A stretch of 64,000 nucleotides of DNA from Lytechinus pictus (taxonomy: Eukaryota). Each line of letters opens with the position of its first letter. The stretch's first letter is position 1. A program made the translations under genes and the position numbers. The DNA is taken from positions 11,968,001-12,032,000 of the forward strand of contig NC_087263.1 in NCBI RefSeq assembly GCF_037042905.1. The letters run 5' to 3'. The notes beneath the pieces were generated by a model, which had not been told where the DNA came from, made no database searches, and saw only the letters and a program-made list of their open reading frames with translations. This document shows positions 10,541-24,669 of this stretch, piece after piece.

Positions 10541-11126
10541 AGGTCAAGTCGACTTCAGAAAAATGTTGATTTCAATCATTAGAGAAAACTAGACCAGGAT
10601 AATGCTGAAAGTTTCATAAAAATTGGATATAAAATAAGAAAGTTATGACATTTTAAAGTTCGCTTAGTTTTCATAAATAGTTATACGCACAATAATTAGT
10701 CACATGCAATGAGAGAATCGATGATGTCCCTCACTCACTATTTCTTTTACTTTTTATTGTTTGAATTATACAATATTTCATTTTCTGCAGACTATTTGAC
10801 AATAATGACCATCTTGACTGAACTATAAGATGTTAAACAATGGCAATTCCACATGTTAAGGGAGAAATGAAACTTTTTTTTCTCATGACAATGAAGGGAA
10901 ATTATAATTCATATTTCATATAATTAAATACAAAAGAAATAGTGAGTGAGCGATGTTATCAGTTCCCTCATATGCATAACAACCGGGATGTGCATAATTA
11001 CTGTTTTGTGAAAATAGGCGAAACTTTAAATTTTTACATCCGATTTTGATGAAATTTTCAGTGTTATGCTTGTTAATTTTTTCTCTTTTTATTCAAATCA
11101 ACTTTCTGTTAGGGTGGACTTGTCCT
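10541..11126 (-). mobile_element. Kolobok-type MITE family A, diverged copy
   Basis: TTAA|AGGTCAAGTC...GGTGGACTTGTCCT; homologous to 19358-19943. Confidence 0.82.
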
Positions 11127-12499
11127 TTATAAAGTAATTGTCACTTTCTTCAAGTTTTGAGACTAAAATGTATAACTGAGATAGAACAGTATATTTAGTT
11201 ACAAGTATATCTACGTAGTTGACTCTACAGTGTATGATGTTACATCGATATCAGAAATTTCATTTTTCTCGTGACTTTCCTGTACGTGCCATATTTTGGG
11301 GATAATTAATTTGGGCACAGTTTATCTACATGGGAAACTTTCCATTAATATTTTGTCCGACAAGTTGCCAGGTCTGACACCGTTCCTTCATTCTTATCAG
11401 GTAGGAATCACAGTTGCTATGGTAATTTTCGGTTACAGCAGACTTTGTCGGATAAAACTTTCGACAAGTCTGTTCTTTTTTTTTCTCACGACGCCTTTAA
11501 TCCCTGAATCTTAATATGAGCGGGGTCAATAAAACACGAAAAATATTTTTACACATCGCCCTCACCGGTGAGGACGAAATTACAGCAAAGTCGGCTGAAA
11601 GAGTTGAATAAACTTTTGGCCAATGGGAGGGAAACTGCGGTTCACATCATACACAGTGATAATAAATGAAAAACTGACGAAACTATCTGCGTGTATTTAT
11701 ACCATTATACTTTCTTTTCTTTTTTTTACTTGTTGGTTTATTGATTTCGATTTTATATTGAACTTGTGTCCTCATTTTTATCTGAATTGATGTGGTTTTG
11801 TATTTCCTAAATAGATCACCAATTTTATTTCAATTATCCGGACCCCTGGAGTAATTTTTTTGTTGGTACCCCTTATCAATTAAGTCATGTTTTTTAACAA
11901 GAATAATGCCTTGTAAAATAACACGATATTGATAGTAAAATGTCTTTGACAGCATAAAGTTACTTTTTTAACAGTTTTCCTTAGTTTCGTTTGTGTTAAT
12001 TTGGTATTTTTTCATTGCTATAAAAGAAATGTATTCTTTTATAAATGTAACTTTTTGGGGAGGGTCACATTTACCACAAAAAATATGAGTTTTCTTTTCA
12101 TTGTAATTCATAATGTTTGAATATTGGATCAATGAAATAATCTTGAAACTAAGTGTAGCGTAGCCCACCAAACCCTTCCCCATTTCACACCCAAATTTGT
12201 TTTTTTTAATATAATGGTCCACATACTAGTTCTCTGTCATCCGTCTCTGCCCCCGCCCCCCCCCCCCCCCTTCTGTTGTTATTGCAGAAAACTTTACCTC
12301 TAAATTTCTTTAGTTGCTGATGTTTTGCGAATTATGCCTCGGCCTACATACGACGTTGATTTTTTTTACGCGAGTTGATGTAGGCCTACAAGCTTTGCTT
12401 TTTTTTGGGGGGGGGGAAGCCCCTCCATTTTACTTTTAGATACGAATATCAAATCTGGTAAATCTATTTTTAATTCAATTCTTTAATCATGTTGCATTT

Positions 12500-12940
12500 G
12501 ATGATGATGATGATGATGCGCAGCATTTGTATAGCGCCATATATCTGTCAAAGACATTCAAAGGCGCATTGGAGGAGCCAGCCAATCTGGGTCGCCTACA
12601 AGGGCGCGCACACGGAACTGTGACCCGCAGGTCTCTCCTCCCGATAACTGGGGGAATGCAGGTGGACCACTACACCGGGGTTTCCCCCTACTCTTATTCG
12701 AGTAGTGCAGTGGGTTCTTAACGTGCAAAGGTGGTGATTCCCCTCTACACGGGGCCTCCATTTAACGTCCTATCCGAGGGACGGAGTGTTTTCCACTGTA
12801 ACATAGCCTGCATCTGTGAAACATGGGAGAGACGTTTACACACAACGCACTGGCTTCAGTCATCCGCCCGGGGTGGACTCGAACCCACGATCTTTGGTTC
12901 GACGGGCAGACGCGTTACCGACTGAGCCAACTTCGCTCTC
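12500..12940 (-). mobile_element. tRNA-derived SINE with Deu(Nin)-type central domain
   Basis: Minus strand: A box TGGCTCAGTCGG and B box GGTTCGAGTCC; central CCGTCCCTCGGATAGGACGTTAAATGGAGGCCCCGT...CACGTTAAGAACCCACTGCACTACTCGAATAAGAGTAGGGG...CCCCGGTGT resembles the DeuSINE domain; 3' GCGCTATACAAAT plus (CAT)n tail. Confidence 0.85.
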
Positions 12941-13136
12941 TTTGATATTGATATGTCTTGTAATATTTTTGACTTTTTTATATCATGTTTTTCATATTAA
13001 TGTGAAACGGATATCAATAAAATATATTCAATTCAAATCAAATCATTCTCCTATTGCTTATTTTTTTATTGTTTATAGGGTTTGTTTATTCATTTTCCTT
13101 CCCGATGGAAATGCATTGCGTACCAGCGCTCTCTTA

Positions 13137-13625
<489 letters not shown>

Positions 13626-13937
13626 CAGTGGCGTACCTAGGATTTTCCACAGGGGGCGGGGGGAAACGCCCGCCAAAAAAATTGACAAGCAAAAAGAAAA
13701 AAAAAGGTCTTCAAAGATAAAGGTTTTCGTACCAGAAAAAAAAATTGACAAGCAAAAAAAAAAGGTCTTCAAGCTCGTCAGGGGGGGGGGGGGCAATAAA
13801 GGTCTTCAAGCTCGTCAGGGGGGGGGAGCAAAAAATGTCTTTCAAGCTCGTCAGAGGGGCAGGGATATGTCTTTTTTTGTATGGGTTGTGGCTCGTCAGG
13901 GGGGCAGACTGTCCCCCCCCCCCTAGGTACGCTAGTG
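13626..13937 (-). mobile_element. hAT-type MITE (CACTAGCGTACCTA family)
   Basis: CAGTGGCGTACCTAG...CTAGGTACGCTAGTG; TSD AGCAGTAG/AGCAGCAG within the microsatellite. Confidence 0.85.
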
Positions 13938-13955
13938 AGCAGCAGTAGCAGTAGT

Positions 13956-14256
13956 CAGGGGTCGCGGAAGCGGGGGGGGGGATGGGGGCTTCAGCCCCCA
14001 CTTTTTTCCAAAACCGGGTACAAAAAACGTAAAAAAATACCATACGATTGTGATTTTTTGCATAGTCAGCCCCCCCCCCCCCTCTTTTCCCGTTCCGCGG
14101 CCCCTTATATTAGTAGCAGGGGCCGCGGAACGGTTTTCTAAGTGGGGGCTGACCATGCAAAAAATCACAATTGTATGGTCATTTTTTCGTTTTTGTACAT
14201 AGTTTTGGAAAAAAAGTGGGAGGCTGAAGCCCCCCCCCCCGCTTCCGCGGCCCCTG
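13956..14256. mobile_element. Two inverted copies of the CAGGGGCCGCGGAA MITE (13956-14106 +, 14117-14256 -)
   Basis: Both copies have TIRs; their internal sequences are reverse complements, separated by 10 bp. Confidence 0.85.
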
Positions 14257-14559
14257 AGTAGTACCGAATAGCTTACACCCCACCCCTACTCCTCCCAATC
14301 CCCCTCCTCTATTCATCAACTTTTTCCCTCATCTTCTTCATTTATTAAACCTTTTCCTTCTTCTTTTCTGTTTTCCCCTCAACATTTTCTTCATCAAAAT
14401 AGGTCTTAAAATGTGAATAGATCCATTCATTTGGTTTTTTTCTCAGTTTGAAACTGTGATATTTATGCCGTATTTATGAACCATATAACCAGGCCTGCTC
14501 TGTTTATCTCCCACGCAATCTATCTTCACCTCCACCAGGAGATTATCAGTGAACTCCTC

Positions 14560-14738
14560 CACTGACCTTCATCGGCCACACGGCATCCTTTTCCCCTCAT
14601 CTCGCTCGCTCATTCAGCGCTCGCTTGCGGGTACGGTACTGAAATTGCAACCACACGTGTCGTGGACGTTTTCAGGAGAACACCACTGGCGCGAACTGGA
14701 ATACGACTCCTGGTCTTTTCGGACTTTTTCTGCCCAAC
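14560..14738 (+). promoter_or_regulatory. Probable core promoter/5' UTR of the spondin-like gene
   Basis: CpG-richer island; TCATTC initiator-like motif at 14610-14615; CACGTG E-box near 14654; no ATG between these and CAACATGG at 14739. Confidence 0.45.
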
Positions 14739-14928
14739 ATGGGGGCTGCAAAGTTATTGATTGGAGCTTTCCTACTTTTTGTGACCCTGTGGATGGTTTC
14801 TGCGCAGGAGGACGAATCATGCGACCCTGTTATGGTACAAGGTATCTCGAAAAGAAACGGAGATAATGGATACAGGATTCGGATCGATAGGCTACCCTCT
14901 GACTATGTTCCAGGCCAGGAGTATCGGG
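14739..14928 (+). CDS. SPON1: F-spondin/spondin-1-like secreted protein, first coding exon (signal peptide plus start of reeler domain)
   Basis: MGAAKLLIGAFLLFVTLWMVSA is a signal peptide; CDPVMVQGISKRNGDNGYRIRIDRLPSDYVPGQEYR matches the F-spondin N-terminal pattern C...K..GDNG(F/Y)RI.I...P..Y.PG..Y.V. GTAAGT donor at 14929; 190 nt, phase 1. Orthology rests on 63 aa only. Confidence 0.8.
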
Positions 14929-15563
14929 GTAAGTCTTTTCCTGTATCCGTTGACTAGGTAGTAGTTTGTGATCCGTGTTTAACAAAAAAATGAGATGGAG
15001 TCGGGAATGCACTTTGACTTGGACTTCGGAGTTTAAATTTAGTTTTGAGGTCAGTTACCGTTGATGCAATGTTATTAAGATAAATAAGAATGGAAACTAA
15101 ATTTACTCGAGTCTAGGTTTTCTTTTTTTTTTTGTTGAAAAAATGATACCCCAAAATAAAAATGGCCCCCTCATGGACCTATAGTTCCTCTTTTCTTTTT
15201 TTTTCTTTCCATATAATAATCTGAATTATTTTTCCAATTTGACCTTTTCTTTGTTCACTTTGTAGGTCTATATTGTTTTGATGGCTCCAATCATCTATTT
15301 ATAGGCATTTATTTTTTGTGGTTTCATTTCAATGTGATTCTGAAGACTCAGACTTTATGAAATCTGTCAAAAGATAAGAAACCAAGTAAAAAAAATAATA
15401 ATACAAGTACTTATAAATACATGAAGTAAATATCAGTTCTAATTGTTGATCTGTTCTCCTTATGTTACAAGGCTTACACTATGTATAATACAGTACACTG
15501 ATCTAAATTAGATCTCGGTATAATCACTACATCATGTCAAACTGTTTGATATAAGTACTTTAA

Positions 15564-16060
15564 AGGGGAAGTTCACCCTGACAAAAAGTTTATTGTAAAA
15601 ATAGCAGAAAAAATAATAAAAAATATTGCTGAAGGTTTGAGAAAAATTCATCAAATAATTAAAAAGTTATTAGAATTTCAATTATTTGATTTGTGACGTC
15701 ATATGCGAGCAGCATTCATGTATAGCGAATAGTAAAAAATCAAAGAAATTTCATTTTCTCAGAAAATTGAAAATTGTTTTCACTGTAACTTTTGTATATC
15801 AATATACAAATCATTTCACACCCGATCATGAATAGAAAACAAAATTAAGTCATCAGGAACCATACAAAATTTGAAATTCATGCATTTTATATTACATAAC
15901 GCATGGGGCAGCTCCTCGTTTATGACGTCACAAATCCAAAACTTTGAACGCTAATAACTTTTTTACTTTTTAACGGATTTTCCTCAAACCTTCGCCAATA
16001 TTTTTTACTATTTCTTCTGCTATTTTAACAACAAAGTTTTCTTCAGGGTGAACTTCCCCT
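15564..16060 (+). mobile_element. Kolobok-type MITE family C (AGGGGAAGTTCACCCTG termini)
   Basis: TTAA|AGGGGAAGTTCACCCTGA...TCAGGGTGAACTTCCCCT|TTAA. Confidence 0.9.
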
Positions 16061-16709
16061 TTAACTCATAACAAATCTATATTCAATTTGTAGTGCACAA
16101 TGTTATTGTGAACATGGTATCTTGTTTCTGTGTTTGGGGTTCACTGTTTTTTTTTTTTTTTTTTTTTTTGGGGGGGGGCTAGAGACTGGGAGATATGTAA
16201 AGAATAGATTGTTATTGTGAATATGGTATCTTGTTTCTGTGTTTGGGGTCCACTATTTTTTTTTTTGGGGGGGTGGTTAGAGAGAAATGTAATGAATAGA
16301 GAGTATCGTGTTATTCCACAATCTCCCTTCCTCCCCCACCCCACTCTTCTCTTAACCCCCCCCCCCTCTCTTCCTCCATGTTTTCTTTCTCCATCTCTCT
16401 CTCTCTCTCTCTCTCCCTCACTTTGCCATCCACTGTAATTTGTAGCCAAAAGATTAGATTGAATCACACAACTGATTGGAAAAAAGATTACTCCATGGAA
16501 CTAAAGGAAAATTGCAATTTCATTGAAATTGAGATGTCAAGTTTGAAAGGTCATCGACCTCTAACGTGCATCATCTCCTGTAATAATACAAACAAAAACA
16601 AGAAAATAACCAAGAGGATTTGTGTGCATTACTGAGGATTAGTTTGATGATACAGTTTGTTTGGTTTTACCCCCATAATTCAATGGTAACATGAGGCTTA
16701 CATGCTGGA

Positions 16710-17054
16710 CACTAGCGTACCTACGAGGGGGGGGGGGGCAGAGGGGGCAGTCTGCCCCCCCTGACGAGCCACAACCCATGCAAAGGACGTATCCCTGCCC
16801 CCCCTGACGAGCTTGAAAGAACTTTTTTGCCCCCCCTGACGAGCTTGAAGACCTTAAAAAAAAATTCTGGTACGAAAGCCTTCATTTGTGATTGAAGACC
16901 TTTTTTTTATTTTTATTTTTTTTGCTTGTCAAATTTTTTTCTGGTATGAAATCCTTTATTTGTGATTGAAGACCTTTTTTTTTTTTTTTTTGCTTGTCAA
17001 ATTTTTTGGCGGACGGTTTTGCCCCCCCTGTGAAAAATCCTAGGTACGCCACTT
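16710..17054 (+). mobile_element. hAT-type MITE (CACTAGCGTACCTA family)
   Basis: Perfect 8-bp TSD ATGCTGGA at 16702-16709 and 17055-17062. Confidence 0.88.
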
Positions 17055-17536
17055 ATGCTGGACATGGTGTTGTAGTGCTGTATGAATTTGTACAAAAAGG
17101 TACCGGTAGCTGTTTTCATACCCGCCCAAGCTCTGAAAATACCTGGTGTTTGAGGCGAATTCATGTGAACTGAATGTTCATGCAGATGCTCACAAAGACA
17201 TGTTGTAGGCCTATTTAGGCCCATAATATGCCCTTGAAGTTCTTGTAATCTATGGCTGCCTACTTATATGTTTTTTTTAAGCTTTGAAATCACCCTTTTT
17301 TTTGGGGGGGGGGGAATGTAGTTCTGTTTTTCATTTTCAGTTTGGTTTATTTTGGCATATCTCACAAAATATCAAATACATTGTAACGTTCATCAAAAGA
17401 CAGTAAATCATTAATGAAAAAATAATGCAATGCATCACCATTATTCATCATAAATAAGGCAAAGGTTACACAATTGAACGTTCAGATTGGAGACAGATAT
17501 ATCAATAAGATGAGGGTATGAAGGGCAAACTATTAA

Positions 17537-18139
17537 AGGACAAGTCCACCCCAACAAATACTTGATTTGAATAAAAAGAGAAAAATTCAACGAGCATAAC
17601 ACTGAAAATTTCATCAAAATCGGATGTAAAATAAGAAAGTTATGACATTTTAAAGTTTCGCTTCATTTCACAAAACAGTTATATGCACATCCCGGTCGGT
17701 ATGCAAATGAGGGGACCGATGACATCACTCACTCACTATTTCTTTTGTATTTTATTATATGAAATATGAAATATTTTGATTTTCTCGTCATTGTCATGTG
17801 AAATGAAGTTTCATTCCTCCCTGAACACGTAGAATTCCATTATTTTAACATTTTGTGGTTCAGGCAATGAGGTCCTAATCGTCAAATTGGTAAAAATTGA
17901 AATATTGTATTATTCAAACAATAAAAAACAAAAGAAATTGTGAGTGAGTGACATCATCGACTCTCTAATTTGGATGTAACTGGCTCGTTCATATAACTAT
18001 TTTGTTAAAAATAAGCGAAACTTTGAAATGTCATAACTTTCTTATTTTACATCCGATTTTGATGAAATATTTAGCATTGTGCTTATCTGATTTTTCTCTA
18101 TTGATTCAAATCAACATTTTTCTGAGGTGGACTTGACCT
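17537..18139 (+). mobile_element. Kolobok-type MITE family A
   Basis: TTAA flanks; same length (603 bp) and near-identical sequence to 3413-4015. Confidence 0.9.
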
Positions 18140-18606
18140 TTAAAAAGCAGAGCTCTTGTAATTCATAGTTTCCCTATTAATGAAATTATAAGTAATTGTC
18201 AAATTGTTTTAATATCAATATGTTACAAGAAAAGAAAGAGAAAAAAAATATTGGTAATTATTATGTAATTTTTCTCTTTCATTTTGTATAAACAGTACCA
18301 GTATTTTTATTATGTTTTCAGGCAAAAAAATCTATATTTTAGGGGGCTGCTTATCACAATTTACTGTCTAAATCTGCAACATTGGATAAGCTTAAACATT
18401 GCAATTAATGGGGATTTTAAATTCGAGGGATCCTTCTTTGTTTCCATGGCCGTTTTGAACATTTCGGGGGGGGGGAGCAAAATTGCCCCCTGCCCCTGTG
18501 TAATTTTTCCATGTAATGCATAAAAAGTGCCTTGAAACTTTTGTCAAAAGAGCTACATGTATACAAATATCAATATTATTATTGTTATAATTATTATTAT
18601 CATCAT

Positions 18607-18791
18607 CAGGGGTGTGAGAGTTCAGATTTTTATCTGATTTCAGATTTTTTTTGTTTTGATTTTCAGCTTAATTTCAGCTTATTTTTGGCTTTCCTCTGTA
18701 CAAAAAGTATGGGAGCTCTTTCTATTTCAGACTTTTTCTACAAGTTTCAGCTTTTTTCAGATCTTTTTATTTGTGACCACTCACACCCCTG
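18607..18791. mobile_element. Small hAT-like MITE inside a (CAT)n tract
   Basis: TIR CAGGGGTGTGAG/CTCACACCCCTG; internal TTTCAGA/TTTCAGC repeats. Confidence 0.7.
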
Positions 18792-19357
18792 CATCATCAT
18801 CATCGTCTTCATCGTTATCATCGTCGTTTTGTTGTTGTTATTGTTAAAGTTAAACCCTGTATTAGGAATATACATTTCCTTTTGGAATCTGTCTTTTTCA
18901 ACCCATGACCATGGTAAAGAATAAGGTATTAAATTAATCTCATGCAGCATACCATTAACCCAAGGTCAAGGTGAATAGTACAAAGTCTATTGGGGAAATA
19001 GACTTCTGCAGATGAGGTACAGTGTTTTTGTAGCATGGACCTACCATATAGGTCCATGGTTTTAGGAAGTTGCAGAGACAAACTTCCTGAGTGATTTTAT
19101 AGCCAAAGTCAAAACTGCTAGAAGCTTAATAAACTCAAGGTAAATTCAGTTTCTATTTTAATGGGAGCTTTGATTAATGACATATGGAACTGATAAGAAA
19201 TCCAGATTACTTTTTAATTAGTGTACACAAGAATTATCTTATCTACATTATACCAGGATGTAGCTTACATGTATGATGTACCGCTACAATTTTTGTAATA
19301 GGGTCCATGCATGTATGATGAAGGCCTAGGTGTTAGTTGGCCTAAAAATGATTTTAA

Positions 19358-19943
19358 AGGTCAAGTCCACCCCACTAAAATGTTGATTTGAATAAATAGA
19401 CAAAAATCGAACGAACAAAATGCTGAAAATTTCATCAAAATCGGATGTGAAATAAGAAAATTATGACATTTTAAAGTTTTGCTTATTTTTCACAAAACAG
19501 TGATATGCGCAACTCAAATGAGACAGTCGATGATGTCCCTTACTCACTATTTATTTTGTTTTTTATTGTTTGAATTATACAATATTTTTCATTTTTAAAG
19601 ATTTGACAATAAGGACCAACCTGACTGAACCATATAGTATTAAACAATGCTAATTCCACATGTTCAGGGAGGAATTAATTGTTGTATCACTTGACAATGA
19701 GGAGAAAATTAGAATATTTCATATAATAAAATACAAAAGAAATAGTGAGTGGATGATGTCATAGTCTCCTCATCTGCATACGGACCACGATGTGCATATA
19801 ACTGTTTTGTGAAATTAAGCAAAATTTTAAAATGTCATAACTTCCTTATTTGACATCCGATTTTGATGAAATTTTCAGTGTTATGTATGTTGGATTTTTC
19901 TCTTTTTATTCAAATCAACTTTTTGTTGGGGTGGACTTGTCCT
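19358..19943 (-). mobile_element. Kolobok-type MITE family A (second internal subtype)
   Basis: TTAA|AGGTCAAGTCCACC...GGTGGACTTGTCCT|TTAA; internal sequence shared with 62949-63541. Confidence 0.88.
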
Positions 19944-20353
19944 TTAATTATATGCCTATTGCCTAGATACAACTTGACTTTTTTCCCTATTCACTTTTCT
20001 TCTTCTTTTTTATAGTGTAATGATTTATCTTGGCAAATAATAAATTTATTTCAATTTCTTCATTGTAGGGGTAAGAGGCTGACTCGGGAGGCAGAACCCA
20101 TCACTTACAAAAAAAAATTCTCAATATTTATTTTAACCTAAAAAATGGGGGGATGCAGCCCTCTTGCCTTCACATAAATGTTAATTTTAGAAAACAATCC
20201 ACTTTTTACCAAGACTTCTTTGACTTTTTTTCTCTCTCATCTGGTGCTTATACAACCTTTTTAAATCCCAAATTTTGTCCTCAAACTTCAACTATTTCCA
20301 ATACCTACTTACTTCCAGCCTTTTGTGTTTGACTATGAAGAGCCCAAATTTAA

Positions 20354-20950
20354 AGGGGAATCCAACCCAAATAAAAACTTGTTTTTATAAGGAAAAGAAA
20401 TATCAGACAAGTTGATAGGTGAAAGTTTGAACAATATTGGACAAACACCAAGAAAGTTATGAATTTTTAAAAGTTGTAAATATTGGTAATCACTATACCC
20501 ATGGAGACTTCAAATTGGCCGCATATGGGATGTCATAGTGATGTAAGGCAAGGACTACTCTTCCATCTACTCCAATACATATTATGGCTAAAATGTCATT
20601 TTTTTTCCAAAAGTTTTATTTCAAATTATATTTTTCTTTCATGATGACATAAAAAAATATAATACCTGGGTTATATTTAGATTACTGCCCCGGGGGAATG
20701 GGTACTAAGGAGAAAACCACAAATCCCTGATAATAAAGTACATGGCCTATGGGAAAGTTGTCCTTGCCCCTTGTTATAATTTACTTACCCAGTTGCCAAT
20801 TTGAAATCTACATAGTATTAGTGATCTAAATTTTAAAGCAGCTATAACTTTCTTATTGCTTGTCCGATTTCTTTCAAACTTTCACCATTCTGTTTAATTT
20901 ATTTTTCTCCTTCCCAACACAACATTTTATGGCCAAGGCTGGATTCCCCT
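20354..20950 (+). mobile_element. Kolobok-type MITE family B
   Basis: TTAA|AGGGGAATCCAACCC...GGCTGGATTCCCCT|TTAA. Confidence 0.9.
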
Positions 20951-23160
20951 TTAAATAACACTTTGCTTTAATGAATAATAGCAAGTCAATCATGAATAAG
21001 TCAATGAATGAAATGGTTGGTATTTCCCGTATTTAAATCATGCCTTTAAAGGAAGCGTGGGAACTTTTTCCCATGATTTCTTTTTTAGAATGTAGTAGGA
21101 AATTATTGTGATCCAGGGGTGCTGTTCTAAAGCAATATTCCTGGCTTATCTTGACAAAACCATTTTAGTATTTAAACAATAGGGCGATAGGGCAAACTTG
21201 GGGATAGGTATTCCAATTCAAGAAGTACCATAATAAGGGCATCATTTAGGGTTAGTTATTCCAATTCAATCCAATTCGGTTCATTTATTTTTAATAATAA
21301 ATGCCTTTTTTTATTTGAAAACTTATCAGATTTATTTGTATCTTGAAGGTTTTATTTTGATTCCTGAAATTAATCATGTTTTAGAAGGCTGAATAAAAAC
21401 ATGTGTACAATTCAGAATGCTTAAACTTAGAAGCACAAACTTGAAATCACATCTTAAAGTGAAATACATGTAATTACTTATTATATAATACAAGGAAATT
21501 AATTCTTGAAAATAAAAATCATACATTACATTTATTAATTGAACATTAGAACACAACTTATAACCACATAAAAGAAAATTTTACATAAAAGTATTAGAAA
21601 AGGGGAGATGAGGAACTATAGAGATGCGCATATATGGAGACAGATCATAGAGAAAAGTTAAGAACGGTAAAGGAAAAGGATAATTTAAAGGAGATATATG
21701 TAGACAGAAAGTACAGAGAGAGGATTGGGCCGAAAGATAAAGAAAGTAGTGTCAAAGATTATAAAATTAAAAACAAACAATGCATGCATGTTTCATCACA
21801 ATGATAGTTGTTTGGGTATTTTTTTTCTCTCTTTTATATTCAACTAGGTCAATGGTATCATTCTCCTTTAAAATCTGTCTCCACCTCACTATTCATAAAT
21901 TTGAAAATCTTTCTATTAAACAGATAAATTTTAATTTTTCAGTCAGTTTTAGTATGCTCTTCTAGTAATTTGTTTGTCTTTTAATAAAAGCCTTTTAATC
22001 ACTTATCAGATTTATGTGTACATACATGTACATCATGTCTGAGAAGTTATTATTATAAGGTGAGAAAGTTATCAGAACCTCAAATATTCTACACTGTCAC
22101 TTAACAGACATTTATTGTCATTTTTTATCTGTACATATCTTTGATATTTTAGATCACATCTGTCACGCAATATGTTTTATGATACAATCTTTTATTTCAA
22201 CCTATACAGTGAATTCAAATTTGGAAAATAAATAATCTCTCAAAAAGTCCGAGCATAACAAAAGTATTAAGCTGGGCTTTAAAAATTAAACTAAACTAGT
22301 GTGTATGTGTGTACATTTACATGTATATTGTAGAAATAGATATTTTTATTGGATTCCTTTTTTAGATCATTCTACGTGATGTTCACTCTGCTTTGGGGGG
22401 TTGTTGTTGGTTATTTATTTATGAAAGTTTTATCAACTGAAAGACAACACCTGATTTTGACATTTGATATGACAGGCTTGCCTGTAATCGGAGATGGGGG
22501 AAACCATGTCGTGGGTAATATGGGACAAATATTCTGAGATTCGGTGACAGTATTGGCGTATTCGTATGCAGAGGCACATACCCCTACGATACGAAGCCTG
22601 AGGGCTGACACTGACGGGGTCACAGTCCCCATTTCATGAAGCAAATAGTCATTGGTTTTCTTTCACTGACTCGTTGTTATAAGCTACTGAAATCCTTGCA
22701 TCTGATTGGCTCAGAACAAATTCTTCAGTGAAAATCATTGACAAGATGCTAGTTGTGAAGCATTCCTTGGATTAAAAGTGAAGAGGAAAAATTAAAATCT
22801 GGCACAACTTGAAAGGTGCGTCCGTTCGAATGTCTGAAGTGCGTGACTTTCACTGATTTTTAGTCTTACTCTTGGTAGGGTGAACCAGCTGAAGTAGGCC
22901 TTATCTCAATTTCAAGGATTTGAAATAAATCAAGAACACCTTACGAGTAGGGACTCCCTGAACATTAGGTTTACATTTAAACCTTTAATGGATTTTAATT
23001 CAAATCTTGAAGATTCAAAAGCTATTCTCAGGTTTAAAATTGAATCCAACGAAATGCGATATTTTTTTGTTTTTTTAATCCTGGACAAAATTTGAAATTT
23101 TTTGTAAAAAACATCCTGTCGTTGACATGATATGCAAATGTCTGGTAGACCCATTGGATA

Positions 23161-23356
23161 TAGTCTGCACGCACAGACTCATGTTTGACACTTTAACCAA
23201 TTATACCATGTCTAGAGTAAAGACTAGATGCCAAACTCTCTGTCTGAGTCAACTAAGAGCCAGCCACAGTACATAGTGAATCTAGTCTCACTACTTCAGA
23301 CTCTGCATTATGCACTATGCGAATTGCAAAAACCAAGGGTCTGTGCGTGGAAACTA
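23161..23356 (+). mobile_element. TAG..CTA MITE with 9-bp TSD (AcademH-type)
   Basis: TAGTCTGCACGCACAGAC...GTCTGTGCGTGGAAACTA; flanks CATTGGATA/CATCGGAAA; homologous to 33827-34036 and 41734-42037. Confidence 0.72.
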
Positions 23357-23819
23357 CATCGGAAATCGGAGAGGGTGGGGATTTCATCAACATATTTTGT
23401 CTGACAAGCAGTTAGATCTAAGTAATTAGGCCTACGTCCGATGACAACTTATCCTTGTTTTTTATTTGCTGAAAGCACTGGCCTCTGACTGTTGAATGTT
23501 ATGCTCTAAATTTCATGGATTCAAAATAATTCCAGATGTGTATGTGGCAGTGACAAGCCAAACATAGGGTGAATTCAGATTTTAAATACCTTGATAAAGA
23601 TATCAATCTAAAGCTAAAAGATTTACACAAATTTGAATTAAAAATTTCAAATAAATCTTTGGAACTCCAACTGAATATATTCCACTGTGAGTCAACCTGG
23701 ATTTATTTTCAAATCCCTAAAATTCAGAGAGTATTTTACTCATCAGACGAGTTAAAAATTATCATTGCTGGCGTGAATTTGTATCAAGAATACAATGCTG
23801 TGCAAGTAGAAGATGCACA

Positions 23820-24179
23820 GGTAAACTGCTGATTTGTCTATTGCCAGCTTGTCCACTTATCACATGGTTTACCTTCATTTTATAGTCTAATAATGCCATT
23901 CCGTCCATCAACATTTTGTCTAGCAGCCGTTCGGTCCAATAATCACTTTGTCTAATCGCCTGTTCATCTCGTGACCAGTTGGTCTAATACCCATTTTCTT
24001 TTTATTCATTTCGCCAATAGACCAAATAATAAATAGACTAAATCGCTATTGGACCAACTGGTTATTAGACGAAATGAAAATTAGACCCTGTGGATAGTGA
24101 CCGAACTGATGGTAGACCAAATGATAGAAGACGAGTTGGTGATTTGACGAATTGGCATTAGACCAATTGGAATTAAACC
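23820..24179. mobile_element. GG..CC-terminated foldback MITE with subterminal TTGGTCTAA/TTAGACCAA repeats
   Basis: The left half is rich in TTGTCTA/TGGTCTA and the right half in TAGACCAA/TAGACGAA; 8-bp flanking repeat GATGCACA at 23812-23819 and 24180-24187. Confidence 0.7.
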
Positions 24180-24669
24180 GATGCACATACCCCTGTACAT
24201 TGTATGGGGAATCTCTTGGGAGAATTCATTGACAATAAATCATTTAGAGACATCATTTCATGCAAGCTCATAAGATCATAAATTGTTGCTTGTAAACCGC
24301 AATAAAAGCAATTTCTGTAAATGATTTATGAGCGATCAAGATGTTTCATTATTGGAAGATTTGTAACAACATGGGATTTGTCCTATTTCCATAGTAACGG
24401 CCAGCTTATGAATATGATTTATGAGCTGAAAGAAACATTACTTGGTTTTGAAGAATAAAAAAATAACCTGTGTGATCACACAATCTTTTTGGCCACAAGA
24501 TTCCTATAGAAATTAATAGAAGACATCTTTGTAATAAATCAAGATTTCTTTGTCATTAAAACAAAAATAATTTATCAAATTAATTTTCTGTATACAAAGG
24601 CATGAGTTTGGACATTTTCATCATCTCCATCGTCTTGATCATCATTATCTTTGAGACCTTCTCACTGAG

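Noticed and set aside
12860..12940. tRNA gene
   Set aside because: The A/B boxes are followed by a SINE body and tail, and there is no acceptor stem or Pol III terminator; it is a SINE head.
18284..18523. ORF containing YFRGLLI...FEGSF, superficially like spondin reeler exon 2 (YFRGFTLI...AGTF)
   Set aside because: The nearest acceptor (TTTCAG at about 18321) gives phase 2 for this frame while exon 1 ends in phase 1; the phase-1 reading hits a stop and the rest does not resemble a reeler domain.
22476..22514. Possible 39-nt phase 1-1 micro-exon (GLPVIGDGGNHVV) of the spondin gene
   Set aside because: Weak pyrimidine tract and donor (GTAATA), and the peptide does not continue the reeler domain.
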